A stretch of 60,187 bases of DNA, the filler included, from Perkinsus olseni (Eukaryota): NCBI GenBank assembly GCA_013115125.1. It is 6 parts of 6 records of this genome, joined end to end, with 100 filler letters (N's around TTAATTAATTAA, not from the genome) between each part and the next. Parts side by side here need not be neighbours in the genome. Positions count along the whole stretch, not along the records: positions 40,404 to 50,299 come from JABANN010000904.1; positions 50,400 to 60,187 come from JABANN010000905.1; 4 more parts are not named here. One strand, given 5' to 3'. Of this stretch, positions 46,330 through 60,187 are shown one piece after another; the stretch's first letter is position 1; every line of letters starts with the position of its first letter. Both the position numbers and the translations under genes were made by a program. Under the pieces are notes generated by a model. That model saw only the letters and a list, made by a program, of their open reading frames with translations, did no database searches and had not been told where the DNA came from.

Positions 46330-49300
46330 GAACCTGTGATGTTACCTACTTTACCAAGTACAGATTAAGACCCCTCTAGCCCGTTTATTATTGTCTAGTA
46401 ATTTCTGTGATGAACTAATAACTAGGTTTTTTGTCCTACTATTCATAGACCGATCAATGTAGGTTAATTAGTCATGATAGGTATGATGATAATGCGGCAG
46501 ATGTGTTTCATTCTCGCGTATTAACAGACTACGGTTACTATCGTTTTGGTACTGATGCCGTCACTGATAACATTGACCATGGTACTCTCGAGGGGAACAT
46601 TCTCTTAGCGGTCCTTAGCCTCTCCCCCTGGGGATAGAAAAAAAAGAGAGTCAAACACTATTGGCTACAACGAGTAAAGAAGCCATACTACCGCTAGCAG
46701 CACTCCTTTTGTGTGCTAGCATTATTGTGTGCCCGCTCATTAGTCCTCGGGTGTGCGTGCGCACCCGGCATATCTTCGGTCGCTACATGATAATACCCCT
46801 CTCATACTTTACTACTCGAAGTTGATAATCTGCCAGCTGTTCTTGGCCAGGCACACAACAAGGCCGTCTTACCGAAGCCAAGGTTGGCAATGCCCGTGCC
46901 ACCGCTCTTGAAACGTTTCTTTCTCAGAAAAGAGCGTCGCGGACGGGACAGCAGAAGCTGCGAATCGGGCTTCCTTCGGCAGGTCCAATAGGTGAAAGCG
47001 AGATTTCCGACATTCTGACACCTCTAGCTTTCATTAAGGTTCACTCGTCCCAATCATGAGGAGCTGCGACACGGTCAAGTCTGGCGAGACGAGGTTGGTA
47101 AATTTGTGAATCTTTGGCACCGCATGGGTTTCAGATTGGTGGTCGTCCGGAGGAAGGCCAAGAGGTTTCAAAGGCCGTAAATACGTTGCTGGAAGCTCAG
47201 AAGGTTGATCCTAGTGAGTTACAGAGAGGAAGATTCCAATCGACCGTTACGTTGCGATAGTGTCACAATCCCTGTCCCTATCGCTAGATATGAAACGCTT
47301 CTTGCGCTTGTCGATATTTTTTCGGGCTTTTTCCTGTTGGAATGGTTTTTTTCCGCAGAAGTCTGAGTGCTCGTTTTGGCCGTGACAGGCCGTTTCTGGT
47401 CAGGCATATTTCATTAATTATTTTTTATCCTCCTGTCATGCTTTTATTACAGTTTGAACTTTCGCCCTCCGCTCTCGACAACGCGCAGGAGTAGCCGCAA
47501 GCTTCAAAACCTATATTTGTTCCAAAAACTGGCAGCGATAATATTACTACGTCATTAGCCAGGCGGCCTGGCTCAGGCCGTTATTGTTTCTTTATTAATA
47601 GTAGCTATAGGATAGCCCATGCACTTGCGATGGTTGTTATTATACTAGTACTCATCGCAAGTTGCGATTCGCAACAGGTATATTCTGGAATCATAATGAA
47701 TTTATTTGCACTAAAGTTTGTCGTATATTCTCTTCCTCGCAGGTGCCATTGCAGTACCATCCTTGGTTAAGCTGAAGAGAAAGTTGAGAGACTGTCTGGT
47801 CGCGCGAGACGGCCCGACTGCCCTTGTCCTGCTCCGGACCAACCTCAGGGCAGTGGCTCAGCAACAGAAGTGTTCACTGGTCACTATTGACGAGGTAACG
47901 GCGCGTCCACAATAATTCTCGGTCGCGTTGTTGTTTTTCGTCATAACGATGCCAACGACCGTACGCGATGGTGCCCCTCTTTACTGTTGCGCAAGCAGAC
48001 TGGCTGGCTCTGTCGTTATGCGATATAGACATCCCCATAGAACTGGTCGTGTGTATGAGTATGAAGTCCAACGCCGTCAGTACGGCTTGAACTGGCATCA
48101 CCGATGGAGCTTTCTGTTTCTGGATTGGTGTAACATGTTGGAGAGGCTCCGTTCTTCAAGCCAAGAAGTGTTGCTCTTAAAGCGCGGTCATCGTCAGCCA
48201 GGACACTTCCCTTTTCGCCGTCTTACGGCTCTTCACCGTTGTTGTGATGCCATAACAATATTAGATCCCAGAGGAGATAAAATATTTTCATATCTGTCAT
48301 TGGTAAATTACCTGTTATTCATGATCGATTGAAATACATTAGCTAGTTCTATGTCATAGTAATATGGCCAGAAGATATGCGATATACTCGTTAGTCAGTA
48401 GGTGTAAATAATCATCACAGGTGCTCCACTGCCTCCCGGATGAAGCTCGCGAGTTGGAAGGTCTCCGACACTTCCTCAAACTCCTTTGCCGCAGTAGACC
48501 CAACATGCTGTCGATCGAGGACGTAGGCCAACTCTCGTCACTCGCAGCGTAATCGTCGTCTGCTCTTCAGCTCATCGACAGGCTCCGTGTTCGCCTGCCC
48601 TCCAGCCATCTCGAATCTTTTTATGAAGCCCTCAACGCCCACGGTCTCATCAACTGCGAGTCTGGCCTTATTGATGGTGCATTAGCAAGCAATTTCACAT
48701 GCTTAGGACTCGGCGCAGGTGCCAAGCTGGGAGAGCTCGCCTCGGACGAGACTGTTCGAGCAGCTCTGGCTGGCGCGGGGCTCAATTCGGATGGGATGAT
48801 TGGCTGGAAAGTTGTTGAAGATTTGGTATCGCCTCGCCGCTCAATACATCACTTTTGGATCGTTATTATCCCAGGTTCGCGATATGTGTGGTTGTGGCGA
48901 CGTCTCGCAGCTTGGCTGTTTGCGAGAAGGTCTCGGTTCGAAAGGCGAATGAAGCAGACATGACTCGTGTGCAGTGAACTGTGGGTGTGTGGACTGTCTG
49001 TGTCGAGTTTAGTTGAACGTCCGCGAGTTCACTACATCGGCTGTGCCGAGTTAAAAAACGGCTTCATTTGCGAGAGAGGACCGTGAAGTGATCTCTAGGC
49101 TTTTTGCACAGAGTCGTCATGGCACTAGTGTTCACGTTGGCCTGCTTAATCAACAACAACAACCTATGAGTGAGGGTTGATTAGCTAGATTGAGAGAAAG
49201 GAAGAGAGAGAAGAGATAGTTGACTGAGAATTACAGAAGACACTTATTGTGCGAGTACACCACATTTGGCAGGCCCGCCGGATGTGGGAAGCTGTCTGAA

Positions 49301-49766
49301 TGGCTCACATCAGCACTGCTAGATGGTACTGTGAGGGTACAGTTACCAGGGCTCCCAGGGCCGACTTACACTCCCTCTCTCGTCCCTGTTTGTGTTGCTA
49401 CACAACAGAGTTGAACGGACAATCAATCTCTATTCGAAATAAGAGGTAGCACTGTTGTGTATCACAAGGAAGGCGATTCATCAACGGCCGTGGTCACGAT
49501 TTAGCCGAGGTGCGGTACTCAAACAGAAACGCTCCCCGGCCGCCACTAACAGGAACGCAACAAGGGGGTCCGAGCAGACTACTGAGATATTGATAGGTAA
49601 TAATTATCGCCATGCTGACCATGCATTCATTCCACTGTTCGCAACAATTGCTGCGAACTCCGGCGGTAACAACAGCCGCGTAAGAACAGTCATCAAGTGA
49701 CTTTCCAAGCGAGAATATCAATGGCCGGAGACGACGTCCTCGCGGTGCTTGCGAGTTCTCACTTCC

Positions 49767-50228
49767 CTACTCAAAATATCCGACCAAGTCATCGAAGTTC
49801 TCCGCTGCCCAACTCAGAGTATCTTCATCCAGTAAGAGCTCGGACGCGCTCGGTGTGCTCGAATCAGCTGCTGCTGGTAATTCTCCACCCTCGTTTCTCA
49901 TCCACTCCTCAAGGCCAGGCTGGGTCAAGGTCCTCTCGAGCTCGTCAGAAACACCACTGTGACTCTCTTCGGGCTGCGTGGGTTCATCAATCGAAGTGGG
50001 CTTTGATTCATCAGCATTCATCGTTGTACTTGAGGCGATGCCGCTCCTTGAGCCGTCATGCTCAGCGGTGGTCGGTTCGGACGCCCGCCTCTTCGCAGCA
50101 GGGCCGTCCACCGTGGGACCAGTCCCCCTTCGCTTGGCAGCTGGAGATCTGGCCAAGGGGTTTTCACTGTTATTTTTGGTGATCGAAGTCGCCGTTTTAA
50201 GAGGAATATTCAACCCACTCAAAACCAA
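49767..50228 (-). CDS. Hypothetical protein with two PAAKRR NLS-like motifs and an acidic tail
   Basis: 153-aa ORF with biased, protein-like composition. The start may lie beyond the contig edge. Confidence 0.35.
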   Translation of the reverse strand: MVLSGLNIPLKTATSITKNNSENPLARSPAAKRRGTGPTVDGPAAKRRASEPTTAEHDGSRSGIASSTTMNADESKPTSIDEPTQPEESHSGVSDELERTLTQPGLEEWMRNEGGELPAAADSSTPSASELLLDEDTLSWAAENFDDLVGYFE

Positions 50229-50299
50229 ATAAACCCGTCCACAAAATTATATCACATGAAGTTTTTTTCTAATTTCTCCGTAGCGATTGTGACTCAGGG

Positions 50300-50399
50300 N
50301 NNNNNNNNNNNNNNNNNNNNNNNNNNNNNNNNNNNNNNNNNNNTTAATTAATTAANNNNNNNNNNNNNNNNNNNNNNNNNNNNNNNNNNNNNNNNNNNN
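50300..50399. other. Artificial contig linker
   Basis: N44-TTAATTAATTAA-N44. Confidence 0.98.
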
Positions 50400-50831
50400 A
50401 GGTAAGGAATGTCAAGCGATCCAAGAAAGCAAGAAAGCAAGTGAACCTAAGGTCAATTCCTAAGGTCTACATTGATTTGATCTCCTACGAACCTCCCGGT
50501 GGCGCGAGTCGAGTTGACGGCCGGCTGCTATTGAGGGAGGACTTGCGTGACAGACGGTGTCAGAGAGTCGGGCACTCGCTCGAGCGTTGGTGAAGGTCGG
50601 AGAAGGGGCGCAGCAACAGACTGGAGAAATGAAAGTACGGGAGAGGAGCGATACAGGCCGACGGTGGTGATGATGGCGATGAGCATTGCCGAAAGAAGTG
50701 GCATGCGTGATTATGACTCTCATGTTACTTCATGGTCAATTTGCCTGTAGTAGATTCGGGCCATGCTTTGGAAACCAGAGCTGGTAGGGATATAAACCAC
50801 CCTAAGATACCCTCAGTATCTTTTCGTCCCT

Positions 50832-53403
50832 ATGAGACTATCCACAGCCCTTCTACGGCAGGTTGTAGTAGGACGACAGACCCTACTGAGTGACGTGAAC
50901 TCCATGAAGGTGCGGGAGCTAACCAGAGCCGTTAGTGCTGCTGTTGGTAGTAACCAAACAGCTTCTGTCCGCTAATTCCCAGCCAGCTTTAGTCCGGACT
51001 AAAGCCTGCTGCTTTAGTCCGGGTACTCGATACACTGCTGCTTCCACTGAATCCCAAAACTCCTCCAAAGCGTGCTTTTCACGCGTCAAATTCACCCTTG
51101 GAACGCTGCTGTGCTTCAGGAGAGACAGGCTCTTAAACCCTCCCTCTTTATCCCTTTCGAAAGACAATCCATTCCTCGCAGGTGGGTCTGGCGTCGCTTC
51201 GCTAGATCGTCGTTCCCGGCATCTCCTACCCCCAGCGGACATGTGTCACCGTCTGGCCTGCTGTATAAGGGATAGACTCAAGGAAGGAGAATTCAACGGC
51301 AAGTAGTGGTCATCAGTAGCCGGAAAATCGCATTGTCTTACATCTTTAGTTCAGGGAGAACCTCCTCATTCTCTGCTTGGCCTCCTTCGCCAAGAGCTCC
51401 TACAGGCACACTGCCATCTTCAGGGAGATCACTGAAGTCCTGGTCAACACTGGTACTGCCGCCCCGGGTATCGTTTCAATCCGCAGGGTCTCTGAGAGTT
51501 TACAGTCCAACGCCCGTACCGGCATGGTCAGGCTTTCCCCGATTTACTCATTTCTTGGGAGCTCTGCTGCACAGGTCGATTTGAAATAATTCTAAGATCG
51601 TTTGTCAAATGAGTAAATACGGGGGAGGGTCTGTCCAGACTGAGGAGCCTTCTTTCCTTCCGCCAGGATCCTCGCGCTTCAGTTGATACAGCTTCCCTAC
51701 TGGCTCTTCCCGAGCCTTTCAGCACAGAAGCTCCTCCTCCACTTCTCAGGCTTGCTAGTTTCTTCCAACATCCCAACCTCCCAATCAATCGCTATCGCCC
51801 TGCATGTAACTACGATTTCCTCGACTGATGCAGGGGCACTCGTGAAGCAGGTAGCTCACCGTCCCCCGGGGTATGGGAGAGAGCCCGCTCGGTCAGGTCC
51901 TCATGTCGATCTTGGCAAACCCGCTCCCCCTCACTGGTCCGGAGCTGGCTTCTATCCTCGCCATTGTCCACAAGGCAGGTCTGAACGAGAAGGATGTCCC
52001 ATTGGGGCACTTGGAAGCTTTGGCCGAACGCTCCATACGAAATGGATGCTTGCTGGGGATCGAACCTGCGTCCTTGACCAGCCTGGCCTTATCGCATGCC
52101 AAGGTGATGTTGAATCAGCGCCAAGTGGTCTTTCGCCTAGTGGCTGCGGGAGTGCCGTACCTCGTCAGGTCCGAGGCGGCAATGCTACACCATCCGCTGT
52201 TCCCGCTGCGATAGCAACGGAGATATCCCGGAGGGCAGTCGACCTGTCGGCTTCCCAGGTTGCAGCCTGCGCCCTGGCAGTCCGGGAGTCGGGAGAGGGG
52301 GATTCCTTCAGAGCATGTAGGCCCATCGCCGGCTGTCACTTGCCATTGTCAGCAGCAGGCCTTGACACGCTGGGTCGTGAGCTGGAGTACAAGTTGGCCG
52401 AGATGGACTTCGATGGATGGTGTCAAGTACTCCAGGTGAGCGACACCAGTGTTGATAATCTTCATTCGAAGGTCAGGCATTCGCCCCGGGTCCAGCGGCA
52501 CCGGTCAACTACGCCCAGGTGGCAAACCTGGCGTGCATTCATTTGCGTCGGGCGTACGAGGGTGATGAGAGTGGCGGGGTGTCTTTCAAGCAAGCAGTGG
52601 GAGCTTGCTACTCTCTCGCAAAGCACTGGGACTTCCCGAGAGGCCAGGCCATGGAACTGATGGAAAAATTGTCAAAAAGCATCCGGCAGCTTCCTGTCAC
52701 GTCATTGGGCGACGCTGGCAGTGTAGCCCATCTATGGTCAGTGATGAAAGTCAGCGATATCCCGCTCTTCCACCACTTGCTCTCTTGCATTTCCTCAACG
52801 CGGCATAGTGATATCCTTCCAGTTCAACTACGGAAGCTGGTCTTGGCCATCAGACTACAGCCGGGCCTTGACGAAGATATAGTCGGTCGCTTCGTCATCT
52901 GGTGCACCGACCAGTTGGCACGGCAGTTACCGATGCGCTCAGTACCCGACACAGCCAACATGCTTACTACTGCTTCAAGGCTGGCCGCGATCAGTCGGAC
53001 GAAGGAATCCTATACAGCGCTGAAGTCGCTTTACCTTCGGACGATGGAGGCTTCGATCCCGGGGAGGGTGTACACTACTCATACAGCCTCGTCGAAGTTG
53101 TTGAACTCCATCACGCTGCTGGGTGATGCTGATGTTCTTGCGGACTTGCTGGCGCGTTTGGACGTTCCGCGAAGTCAAAGTCACAGAGCCTTCGGTAACC
53201 GATCGGTACTGTTGGCGTTTGTGAGGAGCTGCTCTCACTTGACGAGGCATATGAGGTTACCGCAAGAGACAGCGGTACATCTGGAGAGCCTGAGGAAGGA
53301 TACTATGATGTTAATGACGGAGAGGGAGAGGGCCAAGGACCCCTCCTGTAAATGTGTCAGCTGTCGTGCTAAGCTGCAGGCGGCCGGCGGCGGCGAGGAT
53401 TGA
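50832..53403 (+). CDS. Helical-repeat (HPR/OPR/FASTK-like) probable organellar RNA-binding protein, multi-exon
   Basis: Transit-peptide-like MRLSTALLRQVVVGRQ. Exons such as LASFAKSSYRHTAIF, IEPASLTSLALSHAKV, LSASQVAACALAV, LWSVMKVSDIPLFHHL. 294-aa terminal exon. Confidence 0.55.
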
Positions 53404-53711
53404 GCATGATGGCATCAATTCATGATAATCGTTTCTGTCCATCGTTTCTCCGAAGACAGGCTTGCGTTGTTTGAAGTCATGGCAATGGGTCTATGGGGAA
53501 GTCCGGTTACATTAGCGTGGAGCGGGTTTACTCTGTCCTTCCGTTGCGTACCTTGGCCTCTAGCTACAGCCACTGGAGGATATGGCGTTCGAAAGTCGTT
53601 CACATGGTAAGTAACGATGCCTGGACTCGGAGCTATGGTCTGCTCTGTGATTTCCACCTTGGTCGCCACGAGATTGAACAGGATGATGCCATCAGTTCAT
53701 TGCCACTGGTG

Positions 53712-56700
53712 ATGGCGTTATGTTGCTCTTCCCCATTACAACGACCCCCGTGCCTCCAACAGTATCTGACCTTGGCTCGCTGCCTCTTCGCCACATCGAG
53801 CGCTACTGAGCGTCGAAGGAGTCTCCTGCGGTGGAAACACCGGGAAGCTCGTCGGCAACAGAGGCAGAAGCCGGCGAATTGGTGGCTGTCCCCTTCTGAA
53901 GCCTCGAGGCTGGTGAGGCCTTCTAGTACCGCTCCTTCGTCTCATCGCAAGCTCAGGTGACGAGTGCAGATCAGAAGCTCGAGCAAGAGAGCCGATACGT
54001 ACATCCGGAGAAGGGGAGATGGGAGATCAAAGGTGAGGGGCTCTCACAGAAAAGATTCCTCGATGACGGTGCGGACTAGACCTGCATCATCAGCATGCAA
54101 TGACGGCAACTTTGTTAATCCATTTGCATAACGACCGTCGCATCGCGTCCAATCAAGAAGCGTGGCCCGGTCAAGCTTGAGTTAGGCCGAGAGCCGCTGC
54201 GGATCGGATAAAACGGCGACTTGACTTCGCTCAAATGGTGGCAATCCTTGGCGACCTGGTTTCTTAGTCATCCCAGCCAACAGACCTGGACATTGATCAC
54301 CATCCTGAACACTGACGCCCGGTTCAATACACTAGTCCTGGAACTCTGACTCAATCCTGAGATTGATTTTCACGCTTACAGGCCGGTTCGGGTCCAGCAT
54401 CGATTGTGAGTTTCGGAATTGGTTCGCTGCATGCCCCCTCAGGGGGCCCGCTGTGTGTGACTGGAGGGGAACTCAGCCCCCCATATAAGTGTCGTTCGTC
54501 AGTTGTTCGTGGCAATCTCCCAAGCACAACAGTATCCTGCGGTTGAATATCGTCACAGTCCCGGTAAACTCTTTTCAGGCATGCCCACAGGGTTCACCAC
54601 TGATGTAGTGACGCATGACGAGTTGGCACCGCAGGGAAGGAGATGCTGCGGATGCGGATCTTCGGTCAGGGGCGGCGCGCACAGCGAAGGATACGCACCT
54701 TCCTCGAACCAGGTCCAGTCCGTGGACTACACCAAGCAAGGCTATGTGCCGAAGTCCGTAGCGGACACGTTCCGAGCCGGTCGCAAAAAAGTTTACAATA
54801 CCCCCAGAGGGGTCATGGTAGCACTCCCTTCACGCCCAGTAGACGGCAGTCGGCTCTCTGCAGATCGACGAGGCAGACCACGGCAGCGCACCTGGCGAGG
54901 TCATCAAGGTGGAGAGCGGCAAGTATAAGATGAAGACTCGTCTTATCTACTGTCAACGGTAGGGATGAACGCCGCCGGGCGTTTGTTGTTCTTTCCAACG
55001 TAAAGTGTGGGCCAATGGTACGGGATATCGATATGAAACTTTTCTGGATGGATTCAGAGCATGCGGATCTTCTGGGGGTTTTTATCGAAGGCCGCTTCAT
55101 ATTTTTAGCACCAGTTAGATTGTTATGGTATCACTGTATCTGAAGGTGAGCGTGCCTTTTAGGGTCGTTTTTCTATTTGCTATAGTTTTCTGTTAATAGT
55201 GAGTGTCATTCAGTCTGGGTGTTACCGTGCCATGCCTTGAGGTGGACTCCGCCGGTGTGCTGCAGGTGCTTTGTATTGCAACAGTATCACCGACTGCCGG
55301 ACCCGAAGCAGGAGGAGGACAGGTTGCGGCGAAGAGAGATCGACGAGGGACCTCCCGTCGCCGAGGAGGGAGACGAGGAGGGAGAGCTGGAGGAAGACTC
55401 AATCCAAGTGGAACCGCTGCAAGAGTTGACTGCTGATGAGCTTGCCGAGGTGGGCCGTGCAGATGTGTCGCACATAGCATCATCATCATCATCGTAGAGG
55501 CGTATGGTCAGGTATCCAAGCAGACCTCTATGGGTTACTATCGTATGAAGGGAGGGTATCAATGGCAGCAAGAGGAGGAGATCGTGGCCAAGGTTGTGAA
55601 GAGCATCAGGAAGGGTAGGTCACGTGAATCACCTCCTGCCCCCCATCTGGGGTTTCCTTCGCTTTCCTCTGCCAAATCACGGCCAGCTTTTTCAAAAGCT
55701 CCCGAAGTGTATCCCTCCGGTCAACCAAGGCCCTGCCTTAGTGGAGGTGCTTAGTGCAGATTCCTTGGTGCTCATGCTGGTAGACATCCTCGACTTCGAA
55801 AGCTCCATCGTCCCCGAGCTCTTCGAGTCCTGCCGTCAGAAGAACCTGCAGGCAAGTCTCGCTGGATCCCCCCTTCCCACTCCAACTGGCAGGTCATGTT
55901 TGTTATTAACAAGATTGATGGCATACCCTTCTACGAGAAGAAGAAGCATCAGATACGCCAGTGGGCCACTCGAATGAGTCGGCAGATCAAGAACTCCCAT
56001 TGGTCGGACGTGGTCAGTCCTTTCTTGCCATCACTTCGCTAAGGATTCCTTCTCTCGCCCAGGTGCTCGTGTCCTCACTGAACGGAACTGGCTTCGCGGA
56101 TTTGGAAGAACGCATGCGACAATACTTGTCATCAGACAAGCCGAGGTGAGTCGCGGCTGGCTTGCCTACGGTGGTCCGACTCCCTTGTGCGTTTCGTGAG
56201 ATTGAAGGACGCGGACGTTGTTACCCGAGTAACTTACATCAAGAAAGGAGTTCGGGTTCGGGTTTGAGAGGAGTCCGCCGTTCTTTCCATCACTCATGCC
56301 CACGTCGCGACTCTCTTCAGGTGGATATACATAGTCGGGAGGGTGAACACTGGAAAGAGCACCTTCGTTAACCGCTGGCTGCGGCATATAGGATACACCC
56401 ACCTCGGCACCGTCAACTACAAACGTGGCACGTGAGGGGGCGACCATCTCCTTCCGCCCCCTCGACCTTCTCCTCGTCAGGGGCGGCATCACCCGCTCCC
56501 CTGTGCCCGGCACCACCATGCAGTTCGTCACTTTCGGTCTACCGCGGAAGTTCCGTCTGGTCGACAGCCCAGGCATACCATCAAAAGCCCAACTCACGAG
56601 CTTCCTTGAGGACCCCAAGGACCTGTAATCTTCCCTCCTCTTCCAACGTCCGATCGGGCCATTACCGATTCCCCAGGTACGATCTGTCTTTGTGTCGGCA

Positions 56701-57864
56701 GCATCCGGTACGCCCAGTCACGCACACCATCAAACCCGGGAGGTCGCTGATCATCGGAGGGGGCCTGGCGAGAATCGACCACAAGGGAGCCTCCACGCAG
56801 GGCATGTACCTCTCCATCTGGTTGGGAGAGGACCTCTGCAAGCCGTGCTGGTCGCAGGCACGCCCAGCCCATCTTCCTCTCCTGTTTCCTTAGCAACAAG
56901 ATCACTCTGCATGTGATCGACACTAAGAAAGCCGATGATTTCCTCGCTCGGAAGAAAGGTCCCCGGCCGGCTCACAGGAGTTGACGATGGACCTTCGTCT
57001 ACAGGTGCCTTCATGTATCCTCCCCACTCCCCAGATGCTCAGCTTCCTCCCCTCACCAAGCACAACGTCGAGTGAGCCATGGGGACAAGCCTGTTGTAGC
57101 AGTAGAACCGATCATGAGTGGATCGGGCTCATCGTGAGTAGTCGAGAGAATTGGAGTTCATGACGGAACGCTAGTATGATGAAGCTAGCGACCAAGAGTG
57201 AATCTTTTTGCCCGATCGGCCATCAGAGGCCCCCTTTAGAGGTCAATCAGCCACTGCTGGTCCGTTCCCGATACTCTTTCGTATCATGCACCTTTGGTAA
57301 TGGGGACTCGGCCCTCAACTGTGGGCACGCTCGTTCAATTTTGCTATGCAGTCAGGGCATGTGTTCGATGACCATCCCTCCTCATTCAGAGTATATGCTC
57401 CTAATCCGCACACAGCGATGGACGACATCTCCATAGCAGGACTGGGGTGGATCACTGTTTACGGTTACGGTCACGAGGAGCTCACTGTATGGGTGCCTGA
57501 GGTGAGCGCTCGCATACCACTCCATCCGTAACTCTTTGCCAGTAGGGCGTCAAGGTGTTCCGGCGGCCGGCAGTGCTGCCTTACACCATCCGTCAGAAAG
57601 GGGTATCGGAGTTCCACCCTCGAGCTCGAGGAAGAGGACAGAAAATCGCGAGGGAGAAATTCAAGGAAGTTCGCGACAAGTAGGCGGCGTTGTCTCCCAG
57701 CACTTCGCCGGACGTCCCTCTGTCCTCCCCTCAGGAACCAGCGAGACAAATGGCGCTCGGAGGCAGCCGCTCGAGAGGCTTCATTCATCAGCCCATCGGA
57801 GTCTGCGCCATCTAAGGACGTGCCCTTCGTTGAGGAGGCCACGGTGAACGCAGACGCTGTCTGA
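53712..57864 (+). CDS. NOA1/YqeH-family circularly permuted GTPase (organellar ribosome biogenesis), multi-exon
   Basis: CCGCG...CYRC-type zinc motif. LVDILDFESS, G4 INKID, G5 LVSS..GTG, G1 VGRVNTGKST, G2 PGTT, G3 DSPG, DISIAGLGW. The start codon is tentative. Confidence 0.88.
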
Positions 57865-57994
57865 GCTGCCGTCATGGACCTTCATGCATGATGAGCTAGT
57901 TCAACCTTTTAACGTTTCTGACTGCCGTTTCCATCCGACCATCCTCCTTCGAGTTGTTATCCTGACGCGGTGGAGGAGTGGTAGGCCGTAGTGC

Positions 57995-59700
57995 ATGCGT
58001 AGCCGTCAACGAACACAGTCGCCTACATCAGCTCGGCTGAAGGAGTTACAGAAGCGGGTCGACTCCCTGCAAACCGAGATAGACTCATCGACAACTCGCG
58101 AGCCTTCCAGACGAGGGTCCACGGCGGAGGATACGAGTACACGAACTTTTCGACGTAGACCATCCTGGCGGCTCAGGTTCGGCCTCCCGATCCTCGTATA
58201 ATCGCGGTTTGTTACGGACGGTTAAACGGTCAACACACGAACGAGATGAGCCGGGCCGAGGAGAGGCCCCGTATGCAGGCTCGCCGCCAGAGTCGTGGCC
58301 GCGCCTCCAGACAAATGCTGATCCAGAACTTCATAATGAGCGAAGTCCGCATATCCGCCCGCAACCAGCAGCGACCTTGGATATCCCATTGGCCGGCCTG
58401 CAACATTCGGCTGATTACGCCGGCAGCCCTCGGAGGCCGTCGCCGCCGCAGAGCACCGAGAAGGACGTCACCGGGGAAGTCCGTCGGGAGCCCCAGCAGG
58501 CCTTGCTGGACTGGTCGCCTCCCAGGTCTTCCGGTTGCGTCGGGAGAACGATCACTACAGGCAGCTTTCACGGGAGAACATGGCCCGAGTTGAGCATCTT
58601 GAGAGGGAGCTCAGACGAGCCCAACGCAGAAGCCTGGGAAGGACGTCACAGGTGACTCTGTCCTCACTCAGAGTGCCGATCGTGACCGATCGGAGGAGGA
58701 TGGGTCTCCTCAGGGCCATAGCTCCTCGATGCCTCTCGAAGCCCGAGTGTTGGAGTTGGAGGACATCATCAAGAAGCAAGACAAGGTTCAGGCTGGGTCT
58801 CCGGTTCCCAGCCGGGAGAGATGTGCTTCAGGAGCTTCAACGCATGTCTGAGCTGTTGGCTGCCAATATGCGAACCTCCAGAGGGAAGCCTTCGTCCTCT
58901 GATGACTTGCAGGAGCGTGTCGATGCTCTAAAGGGCGAACTATCGAACGCCCAGAGTCGGGCAGAAGAAGCAGAGGAGAGGGTACGGCCCGTGTGAGCTT
59001 CCTCCAAGCGTTAATTTCCTGAGGCAGGCTGCCCAGTGGGAGCTCCTCGAGAAGTCCGTCAGTCGGGTCCTTGCACGGCTCACGGCTTGCGTCGGAGGCG
59101 GTCTGGTTGCCATTGCACCGCGGAAACATCGGAATTCCCGGGAGGAAGCTGAGTAGGGAGCCTCCTCTCTGCCTAACCCTCACCTCGCATCACAGCGCCC
59201 AGCTCACCATGGATGGGTGGAACTCTGTCCCTGCCGTAGATTCGTGTATGTGTGCGTATCGCTGGCGGACGTTAATGTGTTTGCCGAGCCCGACGATGCT
59301 GAGCCTCTCCTCTCCTTCTCGAAGGCCTCAATGAGGGTGGCGGCCCCCTTCACTTCACCCTAGCAGCCTACCGCTTCAGGTGGTCATCGTCGTGTCTGAG
59401 GGGGTATCTACGAGCGCCCTTCACAGCCAACTTCAACTCTTCCGGTGTTCCCATGCTTGCGGTGAGCCCGAGCTCGTCCTGCGGTGCAGGAACCCTCGGG
59501 AGACCGAGAAGTGGATACGCCTGTTCAAATCGGTAACCTTCCTTTCCGCGGCTGAGGCAACATCAGCTCAGGTAGGGATCGGCGTGGAACTGGCGGGAAC
59601 GCCACTTCCCTCCTCCGGCCCGTCCTCTCGACCATCGACACCAGTATCAACTCGAGCGTTCCGAACGCGCCAGCGGTTGCTGCATCGGAACGAATCATAG
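57995..59700 (+). CDS. Hypothetical coiled-coil protein with a possible C-terminal PH domain, multi-exon
   Basis: Heptad-rich exons (LKELQKRVDSLQTEID, LQERVDALKGELSNAQSRAEEAEER) and ELVLRCRNPRETEKWIRLF, typical of a PH C-terminal helix. Confidence 0.5.
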
Positions 59701-60187
59701 TGACGTTTCAACAAATACTGCCGTTTAGTGTTGGGCCAATCTTCTGATGAGTGCTGGAAAATGTGGTAGGCTCCCTCACATCAGCCCGGGAGTTGTCGCG
59801 ATTGTTTGTACGGAACTCGGCCAGTGACCGAAGATGAGTCGTGGAGAAAGTTTGTTGATTTCCTCAATTTTCTTCAATCGTCGCGAGTGATCATATGGGT
59901 TTATCAGTTCACTGCTTCCGAGCGTCTCTTGGGATCCCGACGAGAGTTGATGAGTTTCGCTCCGCTGTGCCCGAGACGCGACAATTCATCCACACCTTGC
60001 CTTTCCCTGTGCGCATTCATTTCTCCTATAGGAGCTCGTTGAGAGTGAACGAGTCGAACACCCGCGAAGGCTCTCACAGGATTAGCGTGCTCGCTGGCGC
60101 GTCGCTTCGTTGGGGGTTACCATACATCTGTACGTATTTTCATCCGTACGTATTGACATCTGTACGTACAAATCGTCGCGCGCCATA

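Noticed and set aside
47718-48965. Protein-like plus-strand segments, a possible multi-exon gene
   Set aside because: Internal stop, no consistent exon chain and no recognisable domain, so not supportable as a feature.

Overview
Eukaryotic genomic DNA, most likely from a perkinsid alveolate (Perkinsus-like). This rests on a near-exact copy of the 22-nt Perkinsus-type spliced leader at 19097-19118 and on genes with many short GT/GC-AG introns. The window is six unrelated ~10-kb contigs, apparently sorted by length and joined by artificial 100-bp N/TTAATTAATTAA linkers, so adjacency across linkers carries no meaning. Contig 1 holds an intact, young Ty3/gypsy-like LTR retrotransposon (155-bp LTRs, one 1583-aa gag-pol ORF) and lineage-specific genes. 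Contig 2 is a nest of mobile DNA: a TRIM-like element; a 2.66-kb LTR element with identical LTRs encoding only Gag(CCCH)-integrase and no PR/RT/RNase H; a tandem ~1.65-kb non-coding unit with covarying hairpins; and a probable LTR element with a genomically encoded spliced leader just ahead of its gag-like ORF, which is itself split by a MITE. Contig 3 has housekeeping genes (DPH6-RidA fusion, ABC1 kinase, CFAP97-like, USP). Contig 4 has two tandem CorA-family transporters. Contig 5 has a foldback MITE and hypothetical or ciliary genes. Contig 6 has a helical-repeat protein, a NOA1/YqeH GTPase and a PH-like protein. The best leads are the cis-encoded spliced leader, the RT-less Gag-IN element and the structured tandem units. 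All calls were made by eye without database searches, and exon boundaries are approximate.
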